The notes below the pieces were generated by a model, which was not told the DNA's origin, did not search any database, and worked only from the letters and a program-made list of their open reading frames with translations. DNA of 64,000 nucleotides from Chlorokybus atmophyticus (taxonomy: Eukaryota > Plantae > Mesostigma and Chlorokybus algae): NCBI GenBank assembly GCA_009103225.1, contig RHPI01002069.1:1155389-1219388 (forward strand), in the 5' to 3' direction. The position numbers were made by a program, and so were the translations under genes. The stretch's first letter is position 1. Every line of letters begins with the position of its first letter. Below are positions 36,638-49,499 of the stretch, one piece after another.

Positions 36638-37967
36638 GCATGCGTGTCTTTGTTTTACGTGAGTGTTAGGCGAGCGCTCAATAACTGTGTATGTGGCTGG
36701 GAGATCTGTTGCATAGGCAACGACTTGTTGCCTATGCATTGTTTCATGGTGGAATAATTGCATTTGGGGTATTTGTTGTGCGGTTGTATGAAGTCATACT
36801 TGCTGCACTGTGTAGCTGTGATCCAGATGGCCTTTGTAAAGCGCATGGCCGACCAATCCTTAACAATGCACAGTCTGATAGCTGTGAATACGGGTAAGCA
36901 GTGGTTGCAGATGACTATTATGCTTGCCCGTAACCCTGTTCTCTCTGCTGCGGCAGTTGCCGCCTACCATGCATGCAGCTCACAGCAATCAGCTGCCCGA
37001 CCACCGGTAGGCGGCCCCCATCAGTGTGCCAAGTCTTTCTACCTGTTCTGCTATGCTGAGTTGCATGGCAATGCATGTCGATATGCATGAGCTAGCAAGG
37101 CACAGCAGACACCTTGAGAGTTATGCAATATGTATATGGTATAGCAGTCGGGGCCATTAGCACAAGTAGCACACAAGACCAACCATCATTAACCATAGAG
37201 CCAACAGCCAGCTTACAACCACACAGCAAGCTAGCACAGCTACGGGGGGCTGGTCTATGTGCACCTATGTGCGTGCAATGGCAACAGCAACCGAGGGTGG
37301 ATGGTCACAGCACAGCAGCTGGCAGCTACCTGCACAGCACGGGAGAGGAGCAGGGAGGGAGGGAAAAGCAGCAGTTAGGCCGTGACAGACCCTGACCACA
37401 AGAAAATGCTCTACCAGCCCCCAGCCGCCAGAGCGCACCGCCCAAGTAACTTATACCCCTGTTAAGAGCAGTGAAACAACGGCTGCAGGCATAGCCTATG
37501 CCAACATAGCCGTTAGCCAACGCAGTAGGCATAGGTCCGTTAGTGTGCTCAAGACAGCACACCCATACACGCAGTGCCAATGCGTGGACACCAGCACACC
37601 AGTATGTATGTCTGGCGTGAGACACTACTGACAGAGCACAAAGGTGATAGATTTAGCGGTAAGCTGCGGTCCCAGGTCTACAGGTCAAGTCTTATGCTAT
37701 GCGCAGTAGATGACCTTACATTGCGATACCACGCAACGTCGCCTGCAATCACCAATGCAGACCTTGACACGCGCACATGTCGATGATTTCGATGGTGGCT
37801 GCCGTATTGCAACGGCTGTTTCATGCTCATGCACACTGTGCTTATTTGCTGCTAAGCATAGCTACACATATCGAGCTTTGTACGTTTGATGCCGGGAAGT
37901 TCCAATGCGGGGTCTACAACACCAATTCTAGGCCCTTGACATACCTACGACTAGAATCCAGTCACTG

Positions 37968-40900
37968 CTACAATCCTTGCGACTTGGCAAGCTGCGGCAG
38001 CAGACTCGTCCTCACTGGCGTCACCACACATGACTTGTTCAGCCTCCCTGTCAAGCCAGAGAGAAGCAAAGGGAACCATCAGTCCAACATGCTCTCCGTG
38101 TGTTTATGTTTATGCGCGTATGGATGCGTGCATGCGTGCGTGCGTGTGTGCATGCGTGTGTGCACCCTATGTGCGCACGCGCCCTCTGCTGACCAGTGGC
38201 AACCACACTCTCTCACCTGTTGCGAGCATGGCCGCTAGCATGGCTCTTCTCCTCGCCGGCGTGTGTCCACTCACGGCTGCTGCAATCGTACTCGTGTTTG
38301 CCTCTCCGCTGCTGTGCGGTCTTCCCGATCCTCCGGCCGGTGCGTTACCCCCTCCGAAAACCACGTCGTTGGCGTCGCGGTTCTTCAGGAGGAGAGTCAG
38401 CTGCTCCTCGGCCTGCTGAGCGGAACGGAGCTGCGCGCGCTGGAGACGACCCTCGCGCTCCAACTGCAGGGAGTGGGGTGGATGGGTGAGTGTGTGTGTG
38501 GGGGGGGGGGGGGGGGGNNNNNNNNNNNNNNNNNNNNNNNNNNNNNNNNNNNNNNNNNNNNNNNNNNNNNNNNNNNNNNNNNNNNNNNNNNNNNNNNNNN
38601 NNNNNNNNNNNNNNNNNNNNNNNNNNNNNNNNNNNNNNNNNNNNNNNNNNNNNNNNNNNNNNNNNNNNNNNNNNNNNNNNNNNNNNNNNNNNNNNNNNNN
38701 NNNNNNNNNNNNNNNNNNNNNNNNNNNNNNNNNNNNNNNNNNNNNNNNNNNNNNNNNNNNNNNNNNNNNNNNNNNNNNNNNNNNNNNNNNNNNNNNNNNN
38801 NNNNNNNNNNNNNNNNNNNNNNNNNNNNNNNNNNNNNNNNNNNNNNNNNNNNNNNNNNNNNNNNNNNNNNNNNNNNNNNNNNNNNNNNNNNNNNNNNNNN
38901 NNNNNNNNNNNNNNNNNNNNNNNNNNNNNNNNNNNNNNNNNNNNNNNNNNNNNNNNNNNNNNNNNNNNNNNNNNNNNNNNNNNNNNNNNNNNNNNNNNNN
39001 NNNNNNNNNNNNNNNNNNNNNNNNNNNNNNNNNNNNNNNNNNNNNNNNNNNNNNNNNNNNNNNNNNNNNNNNNNNNNNNNNNNNNNNNNNNNNNNNNNNN
39101 NNNNNNNNNNNNNNNNNNNNNNNNNNNNNNNNNNNNNNNNNNNNNNNNNNNNNNNNNNNNNNNNNNNNNNNNNNNNNNNNNNNNNNNNNNNNNNNNNNNN
39201 NNNNNNNNNNNNNNGGGTGCGTGCGCGTGCGCGTGTACACATATGTCTCTGTGTGGGTATGGTCTTGCACTTGTGTGTGAGTGCATGTGCGTGGGCATGC
39301 GTACCAGCGCCACAGCGTTCGCCAGTGCCGTTTCTCCCTCCGCCCGCACTTGCTTCAGCTGCGCTTGCGTCTCCAACCTACACACTCCCATTCATCACCC
39401 ACCATCACTCAACACAAAGCCCCACTTCACAACCAAATCACAATCACCAAGCTCACCTGTCGGCGGCCCGCTGCTCGCGCAACAGTCCGATCTCGCGCGC
39501 GGCCGCACGCTCCGCCTCCGCCAAACGGGAGGCAGCAGCCGACGCCGCCGATGCCAACCGCTGCTCCCCGTCCTTCCTCAACTGCACACGAGACACACAC
39601 ACACACACAAGCAGCATCAGACAAACAGCCGATCAGCAGTGTTCACACAGCAACAATCACGCACACGTAAGTGATGGTGAGTATGGTGGCTGTGTGGCAT
39701 ATGATCGTGTGCGTGTACGTAGAGACGAGAGATGAGACGGCGTGTGTGCGTGTGCGTGTGCACGTGCGTGTGTGCGTGCATGTGTCTCTCACTTGTGACA
39801 TCTGTGCGTGTGTGGCCTGTGCCGCCGCCTCCATCTCCTCTCTGAGTGCTTCCACCTGGCTCTCCGCGCCCGCGAGTGCTTCCTCCGCCCTCTCCCGCGC
39901 CTCCGACAGCACCCTCTCTCCCTCGTCGCGCATCGCTTTAACCTGACGGTCGTGCGCGGAGGCGGCGGCGGCCAGCGCGTCGCGATGCTGACTTGTCAAG
40001 TCTGATAGAGAGGCGGCGTGACGGTCCTCGAGGTGGCGGAGAGTCTCCTGCGGGTGGTACGTGTTGTGTCGGGGGTGTTCGAGACACACGCAGACGCACG
40101 CGCATGCGCATGCGCATGCGCACAGACGGCGTGTTGTTTACAAGTACCTGTTGTAGGGCCTGCTGTTCCTGCATGTGGGCACGCAGGCGCTCCCCGCGCT
40201 CGCGGGCCTCGTCGAGCTGGTGCGACACGCTCGCCAGCTCCGTCCGCACGCTCTCCACCTCCCTCACACTCGCCTGCACACGACCAGAAGATTGTGACAT
40301 CCTCGATCCACAACCCGGGTTCCGTTTGCTCGTGAACATGCACGTGAGCGCGCAGGCATCAACACACGCACCTGCAAGGCGTCTTCTGCTGTGGTGCGCG
40401 CGGCCGCCTCGCTCTCCCGCCCCGCGCGCTCCGCCTCCAGCTTCTCCTGCAGCTCCATCACTCGACTCTGAACAAATAAATACATCCAACAAGCGTCAGG
40501 TATCTCTGCTTGCGTAGTTCTGGTTCTTGTGATCCCAACACGGCTGTGTGTCTCTCACTTGTGCTGCGGCTGCGAGGGCGGCCTCGTTGTCTCTCAGGGC
40601 GGCGGCGAGGCGTGCCTCGAGCTCGGCGGCGCGGGCGGAAAGGGACGCGCGGTCGCGGCGGTCGGAATCGGACTGGGCGCTTAGAGTCTTGACCTGAAGG
40701 AAGGGACGGTGAGGTGTGGGTGTCACTATACCAGTGTCTCTACCCAACACTGTGACTGTTAATGGGGCTCGAGAGTGAGAGTCTCTCACACTGCTCACAG
40801 CACTGCTTACTTGAGCAGTGAGTTTCTCCCTCTCCGTGGCGTGCTTCTTGGCCTCCTGCTCCAGCTTGGCCTCGCGCTCAGATATACCCTGTCATGAACA

Positions 40901-43080
40901 GGGAGGTAAATTGGTATAGAAAGCCTGAAATGGCTGGCAGTGTCCGTGTGATTTGTTTCGAGAAGTACAATTGCTGTTATGGATGTTCCACTTTGTGTCC
41001 CNNNNNNNNNNNNNNNNNNNNNNNNNNNNNNNNNNNNNNNNNNNNNNNNNNNNNNNNNNNNNNNNNNNNNNNNNNNNNNCTTACCGCCCCTTGTCTTACC
41101 TGTTTGACGGACTCAAGTGCTTGCGCGCGCGCTCGCTCCTGCGCCTCGAGCTCCTTCTGCAGCGCGGCGATCTCCTTGTTCTTGCTGTTCAGAGCCACAT
41201 CCAACTCCTGATGAAGAAACCACACAGAGTTGTTGTCTACACGCGTGTGCGTGTACGAGCGCGTGTGCATGGTTGGCCTTTCATTAGCGTAGCCGTCATG
41301 CAGCGCGTGTGCGTACCGCGGCGTTGACTTCTGCGGCGAGCGCGTTGACGTCGATGCTGACCTCCCCCGCGTTGATCACCGCGTGGGTCTCGATGCACAT
41401 CGCACGCGACGCAAACTCCAACGTGCTGTCACAACAGATTCCATTAGACACACCATACGTGTTCTGCTGCTGGATCTCCACATCCAGCCAGGCTCTCTTA
41501 CGCGATGGTTTCGTTGACGGAGTCGTGCGCTGGCGACACGCACACGAGCAGGCTGGTCTTGCAGTTTCCGCCGACGCTGTCCTCGAGGATGCGCGTCAGC
41601 TTGCTGTCGCGGAACGGGATGTGCTTCTTACGACCCGCAAGAGCCTATGACATGAACAACAACATCAACATGACCAATACTGACACCAACAACATGCACC
41701 AGGTACTCGATGTGTGTGTGTTTTTCATCGTCATCAACATCGTCATTGGTTTGATATGTGTGTGCCTTGCCTGCACGACGTTGCCGAAAGCGAGGAGGGA
41801 TGTGTTGATGTTGGTGGCTTCCTTGAAGGACTGACCCGTCACGCCGCTCTTCTTCGTGCGCTCGCTGTTTGTCGTTGTTGTTGTGTCAAGTTTGCGGACT
41901 CGTTGACGGCGTGCAACAGTTATTGATGAAGACAATAAGGACAACCCACCTGCCGGCGAGGTCGACGACGGTGAGCTTGCCAAACTTGGCGGCGACGCTC
42001 TGGCCAGCCTGGCCCTTGTCGCGCTTCGTCACCTTGAACTGGAACACCGCGTGCGACCTGTGCGCACACGTGCGTATGTGGAGTATGTTGGGGTGTGGGT
42101 GGGTGGGTGTGGATGTGGGTGGGTGTGGGTGGGTGGGTGTGGGTGTGGGCACACGCACCTGCGCATGCGTGCGTGCTTGAGCGCGTGTGAGCGGCACGAC
42201 AAGTGCAGGGGCAGACACAAGGGACTTTTGTATGTGAATGCAAACAACATATGTGTACCTGCTTGATGACTTGTTCATCTTTGTCTCTGCGTAAACGAGG
42301 TTCTGTCGTCCTCTCTGGAACAGCGCCATGCACTCGGCCGGCGACCGGCACGTCGTCCACGCCAACCCCTCCACCTGACCACCCGTGCGTATCTGCAGGT
42401 CCTGGCCTTTGCTCCTGTCCTCCGCAAGCAGGTCATCAACCTGCTCATTGTAGATCTACACACACAGAAGGTTAGGATTACTTTCCCTAAGAACATCATA
42501 TCATATAGATACCCACGCACACACACCTGCAGCATGGCTGCCTGTACGTGGTAGGCATGGTTGGTATCGGCGGCGGCGTGCACAAACAGGGCAGCGACCA
42601 GTCTGGGTAGTAAGCCTTGCTCGCTGGCTGGACCACTCCCATTCAACAAGCTGTGGGTCTTGCCCGCACCAGTCTGACCATACGCCAACACACTGGACGA
42701 CAAGCAGAACGATGAGTACAACAACAACGACAAGGACATAGACATTAACAAGCTACATGCCTGCCGTTGTAGCCCTGTAGTACGTCCTTCAGTACTCCCC
42801 TCCCCACCGCTTCATACACGTCTTTCTGCGTGGCCGTCTGCGCGAAGGCCCCGTCGAAGTTGAAGGGTCTGGGTCTGAGTCGCGGGGCGGAGGCGTCCCC
42901 TCCCGCCAGGACCCTGTCCGTGGCGCTCCCCTCCTCCATGTTGATTATCACGCGACCCTCGTCCTCGCTGTCGACCACGGCGGCGGCGGAGTGGGGACCG
43001 TCCATGGCCTCGCGGGGGAGGGGAGGACGGACGCGAGCGAAGACGAGGACACGGCCGCCGCCGGGGGTTGTGTCGGCCAT
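37968..43080 (-). CDS. Kinesin with N-terminal motor and long coiled-coil stalk; two assembly gaps inside
   Basis: RVLVFARVRPP, FNFDGAF, GYNGSVLAYGQTGAGKTHS, NKSSSRSHAVF, LTVVDLAGSER, INTSLLAFGNVV, HIPFRDSKLTRILEDSVGGNCKT, STLEFASRA; E/A/R/Q-rich coiled-coil exons; last exon ends ...AKSQGL* at 37968. Confidence 0.93.
38518..39213. other. Assembly gap (696 N) inside kinesin gene, preceded by a G run
   Basis: N run in sequence. Confidence 1.
41002..41079. other. Assembly gap (78 N) inside kinesin gene
   Basis: N run in sequence. Confidence 1.
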
Positions 43081-43093
43081 CGTGGTGGGAGAT

Positions 43094-43164
<71 letters not shown>
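43094..43164. repeat. 71-nt poly(dG) tract just upstream of the kinesin ATG
   Basis: Directly visible homopolymer; exact length may be an assembly artefact. Confidence 0.9.
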
Positions 43165-43186
<22 letters not shown>

Positions 43187-43369
43187 GTTGGTGAAGGTGA
43201 TGCCGCCGCCGCCGCCTTCAAACGGGCCAGGCCGCCCCCAGGCTAGGCCAGGCCACCAGGCCGAACACACCAGGCCAGGCCAGGCCAGACGCCAGGTCAC
43301 GTGACTGAGCCCACGCGAAGCGACAATATTTCCGATTTGTGCGCTTGTGCGATAGCCGCACAAAGCAAG

Positions 43370-43378
43370 TTAGGGTTT
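43370..43378. promoter_or_regulatory. Telo-box (TTAGGGTTT) in the kinesin / Mini-III divergent region
   Basis: Exact motif ~40 bp upstream of the putative Mini-III ATG. Confidence 0.4.
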
Positions 43379-43413
43379 GGCACTCTGGCTGGCTGGTGGC
43401 AGTGTTGCTGGCC

Positions 43414-44894
43414 ATGGCGGCGGCGGCGGCGGCCGTGTGTGGGACGGCCGGGGCGGAGGTAGGACCTAGGAGCGGGAGGTCTCAGGTGTACCGCTGCTGT
43501 GACACCGCAGCTTCAGACCAGCCCAAAGGTGCAGCAGGCGTTGTAGCTGTGCGGACAGTTGGTTGCACGATGGCAATGCACGCTTTGTGATGCTGCCAAT
43601 GCCGTGTGCCTAAGAAGATTGCGTGCTGGGAAGACAAATTGTTGCGTGTGGTGGAGTGCTCTTTGAATAGGAGTAACATCAGAACAATCCTGGTAGTTTA
43701 GACGACTTGCCTTGCAATTGCCAACAATTGCAACAAAAAAGTTGGCGAGTACTGCAGGTTGCAGTTGCTAGTAAAACAAACCACGCAATTGCAACTAAAC
43801 TTATCACGTGTTTTCGTCAAGTATGCATTGATTATGGAGGCACAGCTGTCATGCGTTTAAGCTGTGCGTTGGGAGCTTGAAGGAGCATAGCAGTAGCAAG
43901 CTAGCAGTACTGAGCACAATGACAGTCACTGTCAAGTACCAAACACAACCTCACAGTCACGCCAACACCGTCCTCATCAGCCACAGGGCCTCCCCTCGCC
44001 TCCCGTCTTCTGTCATCTCGACGGACTTCCACCCCGCAGACCTCATCGATAGCCTGGGTGCCGCCACCTCTGCCGTCATCGACCGCCCGCTCCCCGCGCG
44101 CGTACTCGCCCTCCGTGCTCGCGTTCCTCGGCGACGCCGTGTGGGAGGTGGGCATGCTTGTTGGAGTCATGGGGTGATGTGCGGATGTGTCGTGTTGGGA
44201 GTGAGTGAGAGAGTGCTGTTATCTGCAGTTGTATGCGAGGAGGTGCTTTCTGGCGCCGCTGAAGGTGACGGACTATCATCAGAGAGTGGTGGCGGCGGTG
44301 CGGGCTGAGGCGCAGGTGCGCAGTGGATGTGTGTAAGCGTATGTGGGTGGGTGGGTGAGTGGGTGGGACCGTCGTCCGCTGACATTGTATTGACAGGGAG
44401 CTCTGTCGTGATCATCAGGATGCGCACGTGCAGACGTTGCTGGCAGGAGACTACATTACAGACGATGAGAGGTGCTATAATGCTGGGTTGCAATTGGTCA
44501 TTGCGCGTGCATGCATGTGCGTGTGCATATACTTAGGAAGTTACATAAACCTCATGACAGCGTTGCGTTTGGGTTGAGTGTCTTTGCTGAAGCTATCAAT
44601 GTAGGGATGTCTTGAGATGGGGCCGCAACGCTGCTCCACGCGGTTCAGGCGTCCCAAAGCGTCTATTGGGGGGCACGTACAGGAATGCTACCGCCCTTGA
44701 GTGCCTGGTCAGTTTGCTTTGGAAGTTGGGTGCCTTGTGGATTGCAGCGCTTGTTGGTTGCTGAGCAAGTTTTGCTTCAGACTGAACTCTTGGTGTTGCA
44801 ACAGGTTGGGTATTTGTACCTGTCAGACCCAGCTAGGCTGCAGGACCTCATGAGCCATATAGGAATGGATGGCGAACGTGCAGTGGGCTCATGA
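43414..44894 (+). CDS. mrnC: Mini-ribonuclease III (Mini-III, plastid RNC3/4-like); start exon uncertain
   Basis: Not in the ORF track as one ORF; spliced frame WVPPPLP...YSPSVLAFLGDAVWE|LYARR...VRAEAQ|...DDER|DVLRWGRNA...YRNATALECL|VGYLYLSDPARL (exons to 44147, 44229-44315, 44419-44471, 44605-44707, 44805-44894). Confidence 0.88.
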
Positions 44895-46353
44895 CAGTGT
44901 TCATCACAACTGCTAGCCATTGTATCTTCAAGCGATGTGGAACTTCTTCGAGTATTTGGCCGGGGATGCCACGACACATATCAGTAGGTGCTGTAGTACA
45001 TGACATAGCTGGTACCGACCCCAGTTGTGATATTGCAGATGTCATGAACCAACCAATGGTAGGCAGTGCTGTCGTATTGTGGTAGTGAGACAAAAGTGTG
45101 GTAGCGAGTCACTACCACTGTGCTGCTAGGTTCCTTTCTACTATGAATGTTGCACTTGCAACTGTGTATGCTCGAGGCATTTGCCAAGCCTGTAGCCGAT
45201 GCGCTGATGGCGGCCTGACATTCTCTGCATATGTAGTATAGCAAGGTAGTGCGAATGCTATGCCAGATAAGATTGCAAGGTAGAGCTGTGCAAAGGCAAT
45301 GCGTGTGCAACAAGTGTACGGGCTGGCCCAAGCTTTGTGTACCCGGTGTATTGTGCTATGCTTAATTAAAAAATGCTATGCAACATAAAAAGCATGCATT
45401 TTGAGCGCTCTCGCTGATGTACATGTAAAAGAGTTAGACTTTGGGTGCCTGCCGCTGCCGCTGCTACTGCCCGGCAATTGCATTGCATATAGAAGCACGC
45501 AGTACAATATAGGTGAAGGCCACGGGTATCATTGATGGTTGTGTGGCCTGCCTATGCCTGCATGCCTGTTGTACACGCTGTAAGTGTCTATTCATATGCA
45601 AGTACAGTACCAAGCCCGCTAGCAAAGCAAGCAACTGTGCAGTGTGAGCTAGGGCAGTCGGTGGTAGTGAACGGGCAAGCAACAAAGCATCAAGTTAGTG
45701 TTAGACAAGCACGGCAAAGGCAATGCGCTGGGCCCTTCAGTCGCACACCAAGCAAGGAGCGGCAAAGCAAGACAAGCAGCTTCCCACCTGACACAGCAGC
45801 GCCACAGTTAGCCAAGTGCCAAAGAAAGGGGGGCAGATGCATGCGTCTGAGCATGAATGCCCACTATCATACCCTGTACATAACAGCACATTTGATGCGA
45901 TGGTGCACCGTGGCACCATCGCATCAAATGTGCTTAGTAGGACAGAGTGCTCATTGCTGTGCCTGACAGCAGCTGTTGCTCCTGTTCCAGTAGTGCATTG
46001 TGGTTATCACTATGGGTGTGGACATGAGAACTTGGCTTGCTTCGTGACAATTGTTGCAAAGCATATATAAGATCACAAGGTAGTGCTGATATGTGGTGGC
46101 CTGTTTGAGTGCGCAGCATGACATGTTCCTGTGCAGCTGGTATTGCATATGTAACGCGTACTAGTCAATGATATCAGGTTGCTACTCAGGTCTGTATGGA
46201 TGTGAGCCACTTGCACTCAGGCCAGCGGCTCTCAGACAGCTGCAGTGCCAAAACTCCTGTCTAGCATGCAGATTCTGCACAGATGTCCTCATGCTGTGTC
46301 CCCAGTCCCCAACAAAAATGATGTTGACAAAATTGTTCACGAGATGTGAATGG

Positions 46354-47866
46354 TCAAGCCATCGGTGCAACTGCGTCCTGGGCATCCAGGGCAGCCTTCT
46401 TATCCAGGCTCTCAGCTTCCGTGAGAGCATCCTCTGCTTTGCGCTTGAGGCTTGCATCCGCTGGCTCCGCCTCAACGACAGGTGCAGCGGGCTTCACCTC
46501 TGCAGCTGCATCCTCTGCAGCAGCAGGTGTCTCCTGTACAGCTGGCGCAGGCTCGCAAGCAACCTCCTTTTGGTCAAACTGAGCGAGGTACTTGGATCTG
46601 CAACGCCAACGGAGAGGACGGGATTGAGAACTTTGCTAGCTTCAGCAACTTTGTCACTTGTTCAACCTCAACGAACAGCAGGGAACGGGCACTGACAACA
46701 GGCTTGCTTCACATGGCCTCGCGACCAAACTTGGCCACATATCGATTTCTGCAGGTTTATGCACATGCAGCTCAGCACATGCACATGCAACTGTCCACCG
46801 ACACACATTAACTCTGAACAAGGCAACATGCATGCATATGGCATGCACGTTTTGCTGCTAGCACGCATTGGCAATGACTGACATAATGCACATACCGGGA
46901 TGCATGCTCTTCCTGAGGTCGGTTGAGAGGTGTCCAGACAGGGTCGCCAATGAACAGGCGGAGAGCCTTGATGTAGTTGTCGCTGTCCAGACTGAACCTG
47001 TGGTAACTGCCTTCGGGTAGCACAATCATGTTGCCCGAGCGGACGAAAATGCGGATCCACTTGTCGTCGAGGTCGCGGATATCAAAGTAGCCACTGCCCC
47101 CAAGCACAACACGGATCTCCTATTGCAGTTGTTTCGTCACGTCAGTGACTTCAGCTTCAATCTTGCACGCAATGCACACCAGCGGCGACAACACATGCTA
47201 CACAGTTGACGACAAGCTGTCAACAACAGCTGCACAGGAGCTACCATCGTGCCCGCTGCATGATGAAAGCAGTCAACCAAGTCACTGCCTTTTGCAGTGA
47301 CAGCAGATGGCGCTGGTCAGAAGCGTAAGGTGTAGTAAGGTGACAAGCGGTGTTACGGGGTACCAGCAATGCCTTGCACACAGCCCTGAGCGCTTGCATT
47401 GCATGGGAAAATACCCCATTCGTAGACAATGGCATTGCAAGGGAAGACATGCATGTCAGTACACAAGCAAGGCCAACGAGCTGTGCCTGGCCCATACCTC
47501 GTCGGTGTGAATATGCTCCTCGTAGAAGTACTTCAGCTTCTGCTCGTAGTTCTCCAGCTTCTCCGGGGACACCTCAATGATGTCCATGTAGCTGTAGCCG
47601 CGCTCCTCCCGGAGTTTGGCGAGCAGCGGGTCGTGTTCCGGGTCCTTGGGGTCCAGCTTCCAGGACAAGACGCCCAGCTTCTCGAGCATCTCGACGCTCA
47701 CGGTGGCGTCCTCCCCAGCCCGCCGGTGCGGCAGACGCTGGTCCTCATTGCTGTCGTCCATGTACCACGCCTCCAGGTCGGGAGCCTGTTGCTGCTCCAC
47801 AGCCTTGCTGGGGACGTCCGCCGCCGGCTCGGCCACAGCCACGGGCGCCTCCATCGCAGCAACCAT
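46354..47866 (-). CDS. ARD: Acireductone dioxygenase (methionine salvage, cupin); exons 47866-47498, 47119-46896, then either 46748-46709 or 46597-46354
   Basis: [69 protein letters not shown]; possible upstream exon/extension near 48,000. Confidence 0.95.
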
Positions 47867-49499
47867 GATGACAGGCCTTCTGAGACCACACAGCACCTGT
47901 CGCAAAACAACCCCGCCGCGTACCCCGCCAACCCCGATGATGACAACGACACAGACGTTATAGTAAGCCACTAGGTGTACTTTGATGCTTTCCACTTGCT
48001 GGCTGCCCTGGTGCGGGTGTCGGCTGTGTGGCGCAGTGCGCAATCTCGGGAGGGTTGCCCGGCTGCGGGGTTTGCTCATTCAAGTGCGCGCGGCCTGTGC
48101 CACGTTGCTCTCTCCTGTTGGTCACATGCTCGCGGGCAAACCGGTGTGCGCTGCTTCCTTCCGTTGTCACTGCGCACGTTTCCCGCCATTCATGACGTGC
48201 ATGAAACGTTGCTTTTTCCCCTCTTGGGTTCCATCGTGTGCAAATCCCCCCCCCCCGCTAAAGTACTTTGCCAGCTGCCCGCCTGCAGTATGTAAGCTGA
48301 TTTGTATGTGCGCTAGTTCCATTAGCAATGCGCACGTTTCCCGCCACTCCAAACTATCATAAAACATTTCTTTCACACCCTCTCCAATGAACGCTTGAAC
48401 ACTCCATTATAGAGTCTACATTGAAAAGTCTCTATGTGTCGTGTTCAGTCGTACGCAACTCTCATATCATGTGACATTTCGGCTACCTCATTTGTGGATT
48501 CATTTCTTGTATACTGACAGCAGTCATGATGTATACATGTCTTAAAGTTACCATACAAGAGTACCCATAGTGCATGTATACATAAACGCAAATGCCAAAT
48601 TTTGTATACCATGCCACAACATTTGCGTGTGTAAATCATGTATATCTTGTGTATCGTGCTGGTAGCCATTGTGCAAGCTAGTGCTTGATATCCACCCTCA
48701 TGGTGAATTCGGTGTTTTGTTCCCTGGGAGTCGAGATGACGGCCTGTGATCTCAAGTGTTTACAATGCCTTCGATTGCATGCTCTCAGCCTTATGTATGT
48801 CGGCTAGCTTGTCAACCATGGCGGCGACGCGGCAATATGCGTGGCCTAGCAAAATCAAGGCTAGCCCCGTGAGCGCCGGCCTCCTCGCAGCAAATGCGGA
48901 GAAGGAGATGGAAGTGACGGAGCCGTGTTGGGGCGGCATAGCGATGGTGATCCCACCACCCCCGCTCACCCGACTGTTGACTGGTGCGTGGCCTAGCTGG
49001 TACATGCCAGCATACAGGTCACCTCTCCGTTTTCGTGGCAGCCCCTTCCCATGCGCGCGTACGAGCCAACGTGGAAGGATGGATCTAGCAGCTGCTCTAC
49101 CACACCTTACTTCTGTGTGGGAGGAGCGACATAGTGCTAGTGTCACCAATCAGGGTGATCTTCTCTTAGTGCCCCCTTTCCGGATATGCAGGGGGTTGTG
49201 CCAGTCTGGTGAGCCCGGCTGGTCACACGCGTGGTGTCAGCAACAGCGTTGTACACGAGGTTGCCATGCACTGCACCGCTCCGTAGTGCGATGGCACACC
49301 AAGCCACCTGATCCCGAAAAAGATGCAGGCTAGAATTGTTGAGAATAACTGTACATGTGCAACCGTAACACTTGTGCTGCTCTGTGCATCAGAGATGTTG
49401 CTCGCTGTGTGTCGACGACCTGGTCATGCCTCAAATGTGAAAACTCAATGTTGACCAGGACAGCGAGCTCCCCTACCCCCTCCAATTGGTTCCTTCCTC

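Noticed and set aside
38167-39735. Long ORFs of 260-490 aa in the track
   Set aside because: They run through the 696-N gap and G-runs; artefacts (same for ORFs over 4085, 22094 and 41002 gaps and the poly-G/poly-P ORFs at 42745-43363 beyond the real ATG at 43080).
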